From positions 1 through 57,052 of the forward strand of contig CAYJSJ010000004.1 of NCBI GenBank assembly GCA_964373065.1: a stretch of DNA of 57,052 nt. The letters are read 5' to 3'. This DNA is from an uncultured Candidatus Peribacteria bacterium (GTDB lineage: Bacteria; Patescibacteriota; Gracilibacteria; Peribacterales; Peribacteraceae). Position 1 is the first letter of the stretch. The number at the start of each line of letters is the position of its first letter. A program made the position numbers and the translations under genes. The notes below the pieces were generated by a model that was not told the DNA's origin, did not search any database, and saw only the letters and a list, made by a program, of their open reading frames with translations. Positions 36,958 through 46,774 of the stretch are shown piece by piece.

Positions 36958-37992
36958 ATGTCTTCCATGCTTATCACCGGCGGCGCAGGCTTCATAGGGG
37001 TGAATGCTGCCGATTATTTTTTGCAGAAGGGATGGGAAGTGACTGTGCTCGATAACTTCTCGCGAAGGGGGACGGATATCAATCTCGCCTACTTGGAAAC
37101 GACGCATCCGAAAGGACTGAACATAGTTCGGGCGGATATTACAAAGGATCTAGACGCACTCACTCTGCTGTGTAATCAGGTCGATGCAGTAGTGCACTTG
37201 GCAGCGCAAGTGGCTGTGACTACGTCCGTGGTCGATCCCCGTTCCGATTTTCTCTGTAACGCACTCGGAACGTTCAATGTCCTCGAGGCAGTAAGAGCTG
37301 CTAAAAAACCGCCAATCATGATCTACGCTTCGACGAATAAAGTGTATGGCGGTTTGGATCATATCGGCGTGGAAGAAGGAGAAAGACGTTACCGCTTTGC
37401 AGGCGGAATCGATGCGGTTTCCGAGCGTGAGCCTATGGATTTCCACTCGCCGTACGGGTGCTCCAAGGGTGCGGCCGATCAGTATGTGCGGGACTACGCG
37501 CGGCTCTATGATCTGAAAACGGTCGTGCTCAGGCAGTCTTGTATCTATGGCCCCCATCAAATGGGTGTAGAGGACCAAGGCTGGGTTGCGTGGTTCATGA
37601 TCGCCGCGATGTTTGGACGTCCCGTGACGATCTATGGCAACGGCAAGCAGGTGCGCGATCTCCTCTATGTCGATGATTTGGTAGCCGCATACGATCTCTG
37701 TATTCGGAAGATCGATGCCATTTCCGGCCAGGTATTCAACATGGGTGGAGGACACGAAAATACATTGTCGCTTCTGGAATTTCTGGATGTTCTCAGCAAT
37801 GATCTTGGTATGGATGTTGAGCGTTCATTTGGCGGTGTGCGTCCGGGAGACCAGCCGATATTTGTGAGTGATAACGGAAAATTTATGAAAGCGACGGGGT
37901 GGAAGGCAGCGACCGGCACGTCCGAAGGGATCCGGAAACTTCATACATGGTTGACGGAAAATACAGAAAAATTGCAGAGGTTCTATGTCTAA
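36958..37992 (+). CDS. Extended SDR of the CDP-paratose 2-epimerase (tyvelose epimerase) family
   Basis: 344 aa. Motifs: ITGGAGFIG, DFHSPYGCSKGAADQY, DQGWVAWF, GNGKQVRD. It closely follows the RfbE-type epimerase pattern as I remember it. Confidence 0.85.
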   Translation: MSSMLITGGAGFIGVNAADYFLQKGWEVTVLDNFSRRGTDINLAYLETTHPKGLNIVRADITKDLDALTLLCNQVDAVVHLAAQVAVTTSVVDPRSDFLCNALGTFNVLEAVRAAKKPPIMIYASTNKVYGGLDHIGVEEGERRYRFAGGIDAVSEREPMDFHSPYGCSKGAADQYVRDYARLYDLKTVVLRQSCIYGPHQMGVEDQGWVAWFMIAAMFGRPVTIYGNGKQVRDLLYVDDLVAAYDLCIRKIDAISGQVFNMGGGHENTLSLLEFLDVLSNDLGMDVERSFGGVRPGDQPIFVSDNGKFMKATGWKAATGTSEGIRKLHTWLTENTEKLQRFYV

Positions 37993-38087
37993 GGGGCTGC
38001 GGGAACATAGCAAAATGCAACAGCCTTCGCCAAGTCTTCCTGACGGACAGGCAGGGCTACGGCCGTCAAGAATAGCAAATGCCTGCC

Positions 38088-39212
38088 TCAGTGGGCCGAT
38101 GCGATTTTTTCGACGCATGTACAAACGTAGTCCAGCTGCTCATCGGTGATCGCCAGTCCCGAAGGCAGATACAACCCGCGTTCTGCGATATCTTCCGTTA
38201 CGGGGAAGTGGCCGCCACCGGCGCATTTGCCCTTGAGAGCGGGCTGGCTGTGGCAGGGGAAAAAGAACTCACGGGTATCTACGCCCATGTCCTTCAGCTT
38301 GGCGCAGAGCGCATCGCGCGACATCCCGAACCCGTCTTCGACGAGCACCGCGTACATCCAGTAGACGTTCTCTGCGTACTCTTTGGTGATGGGCAGACGG
38401 AGGCCGGCGATCTTTCCCAAGCGCTTTGCATAGTAGGCGGCCATGGCGCGCTTGCGCCGGAGAAGATCTTCCATCTCCTCCAGCTGGCCGAGGCCGACTG
38501 CGGCTTGCAGGTTGGTCGGTCGGTAATTGTAGCCGATTTCCGTATGTACGAACCTGCGGCCGACGGAATGTGCCAAGTCTTTGAGCGAGCGGACGCGCAG
38601 GGCGATCGCGTCGTCATTCGTGCAAACCATGCCGCCTTCCCCTGTGGTGATGATCTTGTTCCCATAGAAGCTGAAGGCGTTGACAAGGCCGATTGATCCG
38701 CACTTCTTCCCTTTATAGGTGGCACCGTGCACTTCCGCCGCGTCCTCGACGATGGCGATGTTCCTGCTCTTTGTAAGATGCATGATGGGATCCATGTCGC
38801 ACGCGTGTCCGTAGATGTGCACCGGCATGATGGCTTTGGTTCGCTTGGTTATTTTTTCTTCGAGAAGCTTCGGGTCGATGTTGTAGGTCTCCGGGTCCAC
38901 ATCCACAAATACGGGGGTGGCTCCGGTGTAGACGACGGCAAATGCCGATGCGATCATGGTGAAATTAGGTACGATCACCTCGTCGCCCGGTCCTATATCC
39001 AGCGATAGGAGCGCAAGGTGCAGGGCGGCAGTACCGCTCGTTACAAATACGGCATGCCGAACGCCGATATACTGCGCAAATGCATTCTCAAACGCGCCGA
39101 GATACGTTCCTGCAGAAGACACCCAGCCCGTATTCATGGCTTCCATAACATATTTTTTCGCATTCGCAGTGAGCAGAGGCTCGTTGACCGGCACGCGGAG
39201 GGCGGGAGTCAT
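38088..39212 (-). CDS. DegT/DnrJ/EryC1-family PLP aminotransferase (perosamine-synthase-like)
   Basis: 374 aa. Motifs: SGTAALHLAL, EVIVPNFTMIASA, FSFYGNKIITTGEGG. Confidence 0.88.
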   Translation of the reverse strand: MTPALRVPVNEPLLTANAKKYVMEAMNTGWVSSAGTYLGAFENAFAQYIGVRHAVFVTSGTAALHLALLSLDIGPGDEVIVPNFTMIASAFAVVYTGATPVFVDVDPETYNIDPKLLEEKITKRTKAIMPVHIYGHACDMDPIMHLTKSRNIAIVEDAAEVHGATYKGKKCGSIGLVNAFSFYGNKIITTGEGGMVCTNDDAIALRVRSLKDLAHSVGRRFVHTEIGYNYRPTNLQAAVGLGQLEEMEDLLRRKRAMAAYYAKRLGKIAGLRLPITKEYAENVYWMYAVLVEDGFGMSRDALCAKLKDMGVDTREFFFPCHSQPALKGKCAGGGHFPVTEDIAERGLYLPSGLAITDEQLDYVCTCVEKIASAH

Positions 39213-39625
39213 GGGACGGTGCGGAATGTTTTTTCCCTCTCTTTACCGGGATAAGGGCCTTGTTTCACTTCGAGGAGTCGCGTCGGTTCCAGCATGGAAA
39301 TCGCGTGACCGCCCCGTAGCAAGACGATGCAATCGCCGCTACGCGCTGTCCACGTATCAAGGACGTTCCACTCTTCATCAAAGACTTCTATGCGCATCGA
39401 TCCGCTCTGTACCCAGAGGAATTCACCGACATCGGTCAGTGTGAGAGCTCTGCCGTTATGGCGATGCGCGGGGACTTCGTAACCTTTATCTCGCTCAAAG
39501 ATGCCGACCTGCAGAGGGTCTTCGTTCTCGGTCGCAAACCGCACGCCACTACGAACATGAAGATCTGCCCGAAAGCACTGTGCATAGGTTTTTCCGTCTT
39601 TTGCGATGGTGCGGACGTCATCCAT
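39209..39625 (-). CDS. Cupin-fold protein, function unknown (possible sugar-nucleotide isomerase/epimerase)
   Basis: Trimmed to the ATG at 39625 (MDDVRT...). The beta-rich sequence has VPAHRH..G..I...G..H, as in cupin motifs. ATGA overlap with the aminotransferase start. Confidence 0.6.
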   Translation of the reverse strand: MDDVRTIAKDGKTYAQCFRADLHVRSGVRFATENEDPLQVGIFERDKGYEVPAHRHNGRALTLTDVGEFLWVQSGSMRIEVFDEEWNVLDTWTARSGDCIVLLRGGHAISMLEPTRLLEVKQGPYPGKEREKTFRTVP

Positions 39626-39695
39626 ACCCCCAGTATAGTCAGATCGTCTCTTAGGTACGAGTGAACCTATCACTTTCTTCTGCTAGGCTTTCGGT

Positions 39696-41084
39696 GTGGG
39701 TGCTCGTATACAGCGTTGGCTTCCGGAGATCGCTTTGGCGGCTGTCACGCTCTTTTTTTGCTTTCGCGAGCTTGGAACCTTTCCCGCACCATGGGTGGAC
39801 GAAAGCCTGTTTATTCAGGTAGCCCGAAATGTCGCGGCCGGCAGGGGGTATGTATTGCAGGTGCTGCACTATAACTGGCCGGTGCCGTATATCCTTGGCG
39901 TCGGCCCGACGCTCATAGTACCCTCCGCTTTCACACTCATGCTCTTCGGCGATTCCGTTGCCGCAGCACGCGTCGCAACCGCAGGCATGACCTTTCTCGT
40001 AAGTTGCCTCTTTTACATCTACTGCCGCACGATCTCCGATCGTCATCGTGCGCTCTGGGCAACGGCCTTACTCGTAACGCTTTCTGCATTCATCAATACG
40101 GGAAAACCCGTGCTCGGTGAAGTGCCGGCATTCGGATTCCTCCTCATTGGCCTCCTTTTGCTCGAGCGAACGCAGACCGCGCGCGGTGCTCTGCTTGCCG
40201 GTGTGTTTTTTGGACTTTCTGCTATCACCAAAGTTCCCTACGGCATCATTTTTCCAGCATTACTTTTTTCTTTTATTACTGAGATTATCTTTCAACGGAG
40301 AGAAGCTGCACGTCGTCTCATTCTTATCGCCTTTCCCGCCGCGTGTCTCTTCCTCTTCTGGCAGCTTGTTGAACATGTCTCGCGTCCCGGAGGATTGTAC
40401 GAGATGATCCAGTATGGATTTTTCTATGGTAACGAGGGAATGTTTTTTATTATACGAAAAGATCCGCAGACACTTCTCCGCTTTCCATTCGTATACTTTG
40501 GCATACTGTTCTTGGTGTTTCTTGCAGGTATCCAGAGGACGAAAATGAGCAAACACTCCGGCTCGCGCGTTTTTACTATTACATTCGTCCTATTCTTCAT
40601 ACTCTATTTTGCTCACGGTCCACTGTGGTACAGGCATCTGCTACCGGCACATATTATGATCTTGCCGTTTGTTCCTGTCGGTATATTTTCACTTGTGTCA
40701 CGCAGGGTTGCACTATGCATACTCACATTCTTTGTTGCAGCACAGGGTTGGTGGCAGCTTGATCACCGCGGCTCCACGCCATCGGGCGAGGCGCAGGGGG
40801 CGGCTCAGCATGTCCTCGCGGCATATAACGACGTGCCCATGGTCATTAGTGCTCCGGATGCGTATGTGCTTTTGCCGGAAGTGCCGCATAGGCTTTTTCT
40901 TTCCGAAGAAGTTCTCGATAGGGATTTTAGGATGTTTCCCGATCTTCCGATTGTGCAGGAGGAGCATTGCCTCCCGTGGCTCCGAAAACTCGGGTGGGAA
41001 GAACAGTCGGCACTGGGAGAGCGGATCACGGTGCTGTACCGAAGATATGTTTTGATTGCGCCTCCCGAGAGCTGCAATCCATGA
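39696..41084 (+). CDS. GT-C fold membrane glycosyltransferase (ArnT/PMT, GT39/GT83-like)
   Basis: 462 aa with a GTG start and about 11 TM helices. The first loop reads PAPWVDESLFIQVARNVAAGRGY (DE motif). Confidence 0.7.
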   Translation: MGARIQRWLPEIALAAVTLFFCFRELGTFPAPWVDESLFIQVARNVAAGRGYVLQVLHYNWPVPYILGVGPTLIVPSAFTLMLFGDSVAAARVATAGMTFLVSCLFYIYCRTISDRHRALWATALLVTLSAFINTGKPVLGEVPAFGFLLIGLLLLERTQTARGALLAGVFFGLSAITKVPYGIIFPALLFSFITEIIFQRREAARRLILIAFPAACLFLFWQLVEHVSRPGGLYEMIQYGFFYGNEGMFFIIRKDPQTLLRFPFVYFGILFLVFLAGIQRTKMSKHSGSRVFTITFVLFFILYFAHGPLWYRHLLPAHIMILPFVPVGIFSLVSRRVALCILTFFVAAQGWWQLDHRGSTPSGEAQGAAQHVLAAYNDVPMVISAPDAYVLLPEVPHRLFLSEEVLDRDFRMFPDLPIVQEEHCLPWLRKLGWEEQSALGERITVLYRRYVLIAPPESCNP

Positions 41085-41094
41085 CGAAAGCGTA

Positions 41095-41122
41095 CAGAAG
41101 TTTCGCTTCTGAAGCACTTTTT
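41095..41122 (+). terminator. Candidate intrinsic terminator
   Basis: CAGAAG-TTTCG-CTTCTG hairpin followed by AAGCACTTTTT, 10 nt after the stop codon. Confidence 0.35.
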
Positions 41123-41175
41123 GTCTGCAAGTTCGTTGTTTCCATATAGACGGGCGCGGTTCCGTTCGACATAGT

Positions 41176-42225
41176 ATGTGTATGAAGCGAAAACGCGCGT
41201 TGATTACGGGCATAACCGGTCAGGACGGTTCGTATCTTGCGGAATTGCTTTTAGAGAAAGGGTACGAGGTCCACGGCGTGACGCGTCGCGCTTCCACATT
41301 CAATCGCGAACGTATCGACCATCTGTTCTCCGATAAGCGTCACCCCGATAAACCGATCGAGCTCCACTATGGAGACCTTGGCGACAGCAATTCACTGCTT
41401 CGGATTCTTATGAAGATTCAGCCGGAGGAAATTTATAACCTTGCCGCGCAATCGCACGTCGGCATCAGCTTTGATATTCCGGAATATACGAGTGATGTCA
41501 CCGGCATGGGCGTTGTACGTTTCCTCGAACTCATTCGCAGCATCAGCTTGCCAACGCGGTTTTACCAAGCAAGTTCCAGCGAACTCTACGGTAAAGTGCT
41601 CGAGACTCCTCAGACGGAGGAGACGCCCTTCTACCCACGGAGTCCCTATGCATGCGCCAAAGCGTACGCGTTCGACATCACCCGCAACTATCGCGAGAGT
41701 TACGGCATGTATGCTTGCAACGGCATTCTCTTTAACCACGAGTCCCCGCGACGCGGCAAGAACTTCGTCACCCGTAAGATCACCTATACGCTCGCCGCGA
41801 TGAAGGCGGGCAAACAAAAAGTGCTGCAGCTCGGGAACCTCAACGCCTGTCGTGACTGGGGCTATGCGCCCGAATACGTGGAAGGAATGTGGCGCATGTT
41901 GCAACAAGACACACCTTCCGACTATTTGCTTGCCACAGGCAAAACCTCTTCCGTGCGGGAATTCCTTGAGTTGTGCCTTACGCGTATCGGTTACCGCTTT
42001 GAGCGTAAAGGGAAAGGCAATGATGAGCAATACATCGATACGGATACGGGCAACGTTCTCGTGGAAATCGATCCGCTCTACCAGCGACCGGCGGAAGTAG
42101 ATACGTTGCTCGGGGATCCTTCCAAAGCGAAACGAGAACTTGGTTGGGAGGCCAAAACGACGCTTGCGGAGCTTACTGACATTATGCTCAAGGCGGATTT
42201 TGGATTGTATGGGATGAAAATCTAG
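41176..42225 (+). CDS. gmd: GDP-mannose 4,6-dehydratase
   Basis: 349 aa. Motifs: [57 protein letters not shown]. Confidence 0.95.
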   Translation: MCMKRKRALITGITGQDGSYLAELLLEKGYEVHGVTRRASTFNRERIDHLFSDKRHPDKPIELHYGDLGDSNSLLRILMKIQPEEIYNLAAQSHVGISFDIPEYTSDVTGMGVVRFLELIRSISLPTRFYQASSSELYGKVLETPQTEETPFYPRSPYACAKAYAFDITRNYRESYGMYACNGILFNHESPRRGKNFVTRKITYTLAAMKAGKQKVLQLGNLNACRDWGYAPEYVEGMWRMLQQDTPSDYLLATGKTSSVREFLELCLTRIGYRFERKGKGNDEQYIDTDTGNVLVEIDPLYQRPAEVDTLLGDPSKAKRELGWEAKTTLAELTDIMLKADFGLYGMKI

Positions 42226-42252
42226 TTAGCTTCCTTAGCTTCCTTAGCTGCG
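42226..42252. repeat. The entire 27-nt convergent spacer is three 9-mers, TTAGCTTCC TTAGCTTCC TTAGCTGCG
   Basis: Read directly. It is flanked by TAG (the gmd stop, 42223-42225) and TTA (complement of the TAA stop of the minus-strand gene, 42253-42255). Confidence 0.9.
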
Positions 42253-43527
42253 TTACAGTACCAAATACTTTCTCCCAGATTGTACGATCAGGCTTTTATT
42301 CAACACCGATTTCAGATCGTAGATGATGCCGCCTTCTTTCGTCGCATCAATACATGCCTGTGTTCCGAGATCAAGATATTCTTGATGTTTCACGAGGAGT
42401 AGCACTGCATCGAAATTGCCGTCACTGAGCGATCCTTCCCGTACGCCGTATTTCGAGTATGCATCGCTCTGCACATGCGGATCATGGGCACAGACGTCAC
42501 ACCCCTCTTTCTGCAGCGCTTTGATGACTGCAAATGACTGGCTGTTTCTGGTATCGGGAATATTTTCCTTGAACGTGAGCCCCAGCACGAGAACTTTTCC
42601 GGTTTTGCCCATGGACGTCACCGTTTCTTTTGCCACGAATGCCGCCATACCGTCGTTGACTGAGCGGCCTGCGGTGATGATGTGCGTTTCCATGTTCATC
42701 TGCTTTGCTTTCTCTACCAAATAATACGGATCAACGCCTATGCAATGCCCGCCGACGAGACCGGGTTGAAACTTCAGGAAGTTCCACTTGGTCCCAGCAG
42801 CTGCTAGTACGTCTGTTGTAACGATGCCGATTTTATGGCAGAATATAGCGATTTCGTTGACGAATGCGATGTTCAAATCGCGCTGTGCATTCTCGATCGC
42901 CTTGGCCATTTCCGCAGTTTTAATATTTGGCGCTCTGTGGATACCTACTGTGACGATCGATCCGTAGAGTTCCACCAGAGTATCGGTCGTCTTTTCATCC
43001 TGCCCGGCGACGATTTTCAGGATTTTGTCGATTGTATGTTCCTTGTCACCGGGGTTGATGCGTTCGGGGGAGTAACCGAGCGTAAAATCCGTTCCACACT
43101 TCATTCCGGAATGCTCCTCCAAGATCGGTCCGCAGATTTCTTCTGTGGTGCCCGGATACACCGTTGATTCATAGACGATGATTGCGCCCTTCTTCATATG
43201 CTTTCCGACCGTCTCGGATGCCTTGATCACGGGAAGGAGATCTGGGAGATTCTTTGCATCGACGGGTGTCGGAATCGCAAGAATCACTACGTCACAATCC
43301 TCCATGCATGCGGGATCGGTTGTGTAGTTGATCGTGACGTTTTTCAGATCCCTTTCGTCAATCTCGTTCGTACGATCGCGTCCGTTCTTCAATTCCTGTA
43401 TACGCTCCGCGTTGATATCAAATCCGTGTACGGTGCAGCCGGATTTCGCGAAAGCATGCGCGAGGGGGAGGCCGACATAGCCAAGGCCGACAATGCTGAG
43501 TATGGGTCTGTTCACAGCCGGTAGCAT
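42253..43527 (-). CDS. Nucleotide-sugar dehydrogenase of the UDP-HexNAc 6-dehydrogenase type (TviB/WbpO/WecC-like)
   Basis: Track ORF 42253..44169 trimmed to the ATG at 43527 (MLPAVNRPILSIVGLGYVGLPLA). Motifs: GGHCIGVDPYY, GLTFKEN. Confidence 0.88.
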   Translation of the reverse strand: MLPAVNRPILSIVGLGYVGLPLAHAFAKSGCTVHGFDINAERIQELKNGRDRTNEIDERDLKNVTINYTTDPACMEDCDVVILAIPTPVDAKNLPDLLPVIKASETVGKHMKKGAIIVYESTVYPGTTEEICGPILEEHSGMKCGTDFTLGYSPERINPGDKEHTIDKILKIVAGQDEKTTDTLVELYGSIVTVGIHRAPNIKTAEMAKAIENAQRDLNIAFVNEIAIFCHKIGIVTTDVLAAAGTKWNFLKFQPGLVGGHCIGVDPYYLVEKAKQMNMETHIITAGRSVNDGMAAFVAKETVTSMGKTGKVLVLGLTFKENIPDTRNSQSFAVIKALQKEGCDVCAHDPHVQSDAYSKYGVREGSLSDGNFDAVLLLVKHQEYLDLGTQACIDATKEGGIIYDLKSVLNKSLIVQSGRKYLVL

Positions 43528-43528
43528 A

Positions 43529-43593
43529 GGGTTAGGGCTAGGGTTAGGGCTAGGAAAAACTTCAAAACCCAACCCTATCCCCAACCACAACCC
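43529..43593. repeat. Telomere-like G-tract block (GGGTTAGGGCTA x2 + GG), 13-nt A-rich loop, C-tract block; imperfect inverted repeat in a divergent promoter region
   Basis: GGGTTAGGGCTAGGGTTAGGGCTAGG (43529-43554), AAAAACTTCAAAA, then CCCAACCCTATCCCCAACCACAACCC (43568-43593). Confidence 0.9.
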
Positions 43594-43611
43594 TTCGTTA
43601 TAGTTCCCCCA

Positions 43612-44016
43612 ATGATTCGTACACTGCTTTTCTGGAAAACATCTTCCGCTCCACTGCAGTTCTTGCGGTACTTTTTCGTGGGAGGAAGTTCTGCAGTCGT
43701 CGATCTCTTCGCGTTCACCGTGCTGGTGAAATATGCAGATCTGCACTACATTCCCTCGGCGTTCATCGGTTACATGGCGGGCCTTGCGTGGAATCATATG
43801 CTCTGTGTCCTGTGGGTGTTTGATAGTAAACATAGTCGCACAAAGGAGCTTTTGATGGTGTTTGCCATCGCGATCGGCGGTCTTCTCTGGACGTGGGCGA
43901 TCCTCTCTATCCTCATAGAAGTCGCAGGTATAGATGAGGTGTATGCGAAGATGATTTCCCAGATACTGGTGCTCTTTTGGAATTTTTCGATGCGCAAGCT
44001 TTTCGTGTTTCACTGA
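43612..44016 (+). CDS. GtrA-family small membrane protein
   Basis: 134 aa with 4 TM helices. Motifs: LRYFFVGGSSAVVDLFAF, LFWNFSMRKLFVF. Confidence 0.85.
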   Translation: MIRTLLFWKTSSAPLQFLRYFFVGGSSAVVDLFAFTVLVKYADLHYIPSAFIGYMAGLAWNHMLCVLWVFDSKHSRTKELLMVFAIAIGGLLWTWAILSILIEVAGIDEVYAKMISQILVLFWNFSMRKLFVFH

Positions 44017-44044
44017 TATTCTTTCGTTTCCCATCACATAGGTC

Positions 44045-45673
44045 ATGAGTAAGAAGATTGCAATCATTGCAGGTGCCGGACCCGCCGGTCTTACCGCTGC
44101 ATATGAGTTACTGAAGCGGACGGATGTCATGCCGATCATTTTTGAAGCAACCGATGCGATCGGCGGCATCGCACAGACCTTTAATTACAAGGGCAATAGA
44201 ATCGACATCGGCGGCCATCGGTTTTTTAGCAAGAGCAAGCGCGTGATGGATTTCTGGTTCACTATCCTTCCGCTTCAGGGTTCTCCCGCTGCCGATACGG
44301 TCGAAAAGGGACACGAGATCGATTACGCGACGGAGCCGGCTCCCGATCCCGAGAAAGACGACAACGTCATGCTCCAACGTCCGCGAAAATCCCGTATCTA
44401 CTTCCGCAGAAACTTCTTCCCGTATCCCATAGGCATTACGCTCACGATCGCATGGAGGCTCGGGCTTTTCAATACCGTGCTCATCGCCTTAAGTTATATG
44501 AAGGCGCATCTCTTTCCGATCAACGATGAAACGTATCTGGATGCCTTCATGATCAATCGGTTTGGGAAGCGGCTCTACAAAACGTTTTTCGAGGACTACA
44601 CGCAAAAGGTTTGGGGGGTTCCCTGTCATCAGATCAAAGCCGATTGGGGAGCGCAGCGCATCAAGGGGCTTTCACTCAAACGTGCGGTAGCCCATGCAAT
44701 CAAAGATATCTTGAGTTCGGATTTTTCCAAGGTGCAGACAGAGCGCGAAACCAGCCTGATCACGCGTTTTTATTACCCGAAGTTCGGTCCTGGGCAGATG
44801 TGGGAGGAAGTGGCGAACCATGTACGCAAGAGCGGAGGAGAGATTCACATGCGGCATGTCGTCGTTGGAATCCGGCGCGATGGAAACAAGATCGTATCTG
44901 TGAAGGTCAAGGACATGGAAACCGGAATGATTACACAGATTGCGTGTGATTATTTCTTCTCCACGATGCCGATCAAACACCTGATTGCCGGGTGCGATCC
45001 TCCGGCTCCGGCGAATGTAAGTGAAGTCGCGAACGGTCTCATCTATAGGGATTTCCTGACAGTTGGCTTACTTCTGACAAAGCTCAATGTGCAAGAAAAG
45101 CCGTCTTCGCCCTTCGGGCTGCGAAGCCGTGCTTCCGGAATTCATACAGATGTACCGGATAACTGGATCTACGTTCAAGACCGCGGTGTGAAGGTGGGGC
45201 GCATTCAGATCTTCAATAACTGGAGTCCGTACATGGTGGCGGACCGCAAGAACACCGTGTGGATAGGGCTCGAGTACTTCGTCAACGAAGGCGATGAGCT
45301 ATGGGCGATGAGCGATGAGCACATGATCGCGCTCGGTATAAAGGAAATGGAGCAGATCGAATTCATTGCCAAAGAAGATGTTGTCGATGCGTGCGTGCTC
45401 CGCATGCCGAAGGCGTACCCTGCGTACTTTGGGACGTACGATCGACTCGAGGAGATCCGCGATTGGACGCTTTCGATCCCAAACCTCTTCCTGATCGGCA
45501 GAAACGGCATGCACCGCTACAATAATCAGGACCACAGCATGCTCACTGCCATGACTGCTGTAGATAATATCGTCGCCGGACGCACCGATCACCGTAACCT
45601 CTGGGAGGTGAACGCGGAGCGGACGTATCATGAATCCAAGACTTCTGACGAGCACTCAGTGGACGAAGAGTGA
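44045..45673 (+). CDS. FAD/NAD(P)-binding oxidoreductase (amine-oxidase / UDP-galactopyranose-mutase superfamily)
   Basis: 542 aa. Motifs: [55 protein letters not shown]. Confidence 0.8.
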   Translation: MSKKIAIIAGAGPAGLTAAYELLKRTDVMPIIFEATDAIGGIAQTFNYKGNRIDIGGHRFFSKSKRVMDFWFTILPLQGSPAADTVEKGHEIDYATEPAPDPEKDDNVMLQRPRKSRIYFRRNFFPYPIGITLTIAWRLGLFNTVLIALSYMKAHLFPINDETYLDAFMINRFGKRLYKTFFEDYTQKVWGVPCHQIKADWGAQRIKGLSLKRAVAHAIKDILSSDFSKVQTERETSLITRFYYPKFGPGQMWEEVANHVRKSGGEIHMRHVVVGIRRDGNKIVSVKVKDMETGMITQIACDYFFSTMPIKHLIAGCDPPAPANVSEVANGLIYRDFLTVGLLLTKLNVQEKPSSPFGLRSRASGIHTDVPDNWIYVQDRGVKVGRIQIFNNWSPYMVADRKNTVWIGLEYFVNEGDELWAMSDEHMIALGIKEMEQIEFIAKEDVVDACVLRMPKAYPAYFGTYDRLEEIRDWTLSIPNLFLIGRNGMHRYNNQDHSMLTAMTAVDNIVAGRTDHRNLWEVNAERTYHESKTSDEHSVDEE

Positions 45674-45751
45674 ACGGTTTTTGTGCTGAATAGCTGATTT
45701 CTTATATACATCATAATGAGCCGTTTTTCCATGTAGATATTATATACTATT

Positions 45752-46675
45752 CTATGTATTTTGCAAGTACCACTCCACACTCTTCATAATTCCTTCCTTA
45801 AACGCTGTTTTTGGGCTATATCCAAATGTTTTCTGCGCTTTGGTGATATCGGCGATGTAGTGGGTTACTTCCCCCGTACGCGAATCAGATAGAGCAATTT
45901 TCGAAGCGCTACCGAGTAGTTTTTTCATAGTTTCTGCCAGGTGCAGAATGGTCGTGCCCTCCCCGTAGGCGATATTGTAGGTATCGTTTTTTGCTTTGTC
46001 CCAGCTTGTAATCGCGCCGATGATTCCGGCTACCGCATCGTCGATGTAGGTGAAATCGAGGCACTTCTCGCGGCCGAAGACCGTAAGGGTTTCCCCCGCT
46101 TTTGCTTGGCGAAAAAAGAGCGGTACGACGCGTACGGAGTCGTCGTACATTCCGTAGACATTGCTGAAACGGAGGATCACTGTTTCAAAGTCGTAGCAGC
46201 GCTTGTATGCTTCTATGAACGCTTCTCCGGCGATCTTGCTTGCCGTGTAGGGGCTTTCACATGTCATGAAATGCGCGTCGTTTTCGGCGTATTTCCGACC
46301 GTCTGGTAGGCGAATATTGCCGTACGTTTCTCGTGAGGATGCAAACATGATTTTTTTGATACTGTGCTTTCGCGCATGTTCCAGCACATTGAATGTATCC
46401 ATCATATTGTCGCGCGCGCGGTCGGGGTGCTCCACGAGTTCATACACGCGGGCGTTGGCGGCGAGGTGAATGATGAGATCGGCTTGCAGCTTGTAGCTGA
46501 TAGCGTGGAGGGCGGACGCATCCCTGAGGTCGATATTGATGCGGATATTCTCAACGTCTTTATTCCATTTGCACGGTTCCCAATCTGCGCCGACGACGTC
46601 ATGTCCGTTTTCCAGAAGTTTTTCACAGAGACGGGTGCCGATGGTTCCCGAGGAGCCGGTTACTAAGATTTTCAT
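45752..46675 (-). CDS. Extended SDR, NAD-dependent epimerase/dehydratase
   Basis: 307 aa. Motifs: ILVTGSSGTIG, YTASKIAGE, RFSNVYG. Confidence 0.85.
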   Translation of the reverse strand: MKILVTGSSGTIGTRLCEKLLENGHDVVGADWEPCKWNKDVENIRINIDLRDASALHAISYKLQADLIIHLAANARVYELVEHPDRARDNMMDTFNVLEHARKHSIKKIMFASSRETYGNIRLPDGRKYAENDAHFMTCESPYTASKIAGEAFIEAYKRCYDFETVILRFSNVYGMYDDSVRVVPLFFRQAKAGETLTVFGREKCLDFTYIDDAVAGIIGAITSWDKAKNDTYNIAYGEGTTILHLAETMKKLLGSASKIALSDSRTGEVTHYIADITKAQKTFGYSPKTAFKEGIMKSVEWYLQNT

Positions 46676-46695
46676 GCAGCAATGATACTGAAAAT

Positions 46696-46770
46696 GGGCT
46701 TAGGGGCTAGTATTTTGGGGTAAGGATATCCAATTTCTACATGCAAACCCCTAACCCCTGCTACCCTATC
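46696..46770. repeat. G-tract / C-tract inverted-repeat element in a divergent promoter; contains the 18-mer AGGGGCTAGTATTTTGGG
   Basis: GGGCTTAGGGGCTAGTATTTTGGGGTAAGG (46696-46725) and CCCCTAACCCCTGCTACCCTATC (46748-46770). TTAGGGG/CCCCTAA form an inverted pair. Confidence 0.85.
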
Positions 46771-46774
46771 TTCG

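Noticed and set aside
43529-43554. TTAGGG repeats as a genuine chromosome or replicon telomere, or eukaryotic contamination
   Set aside because: Only two exact units are present, embedded between two intact bacterial genes in the middle of a contiguous operon-dense region. Flanking genes and codon usage are continuous with the rest of the window.
43528-44169. N-terminal extension of track ORF 42253..44169, and likewise 28238-29044 for ORF 27431..29044
   Set aside because: The extensions run antisense through the GtrA/FAD-oxidoreductase genes (or, for the second case, the SDR gene) and through the repeat spacer. The conserved N-terminal Rossmann (or PARGGS) motifs begin at the internal ATGs.
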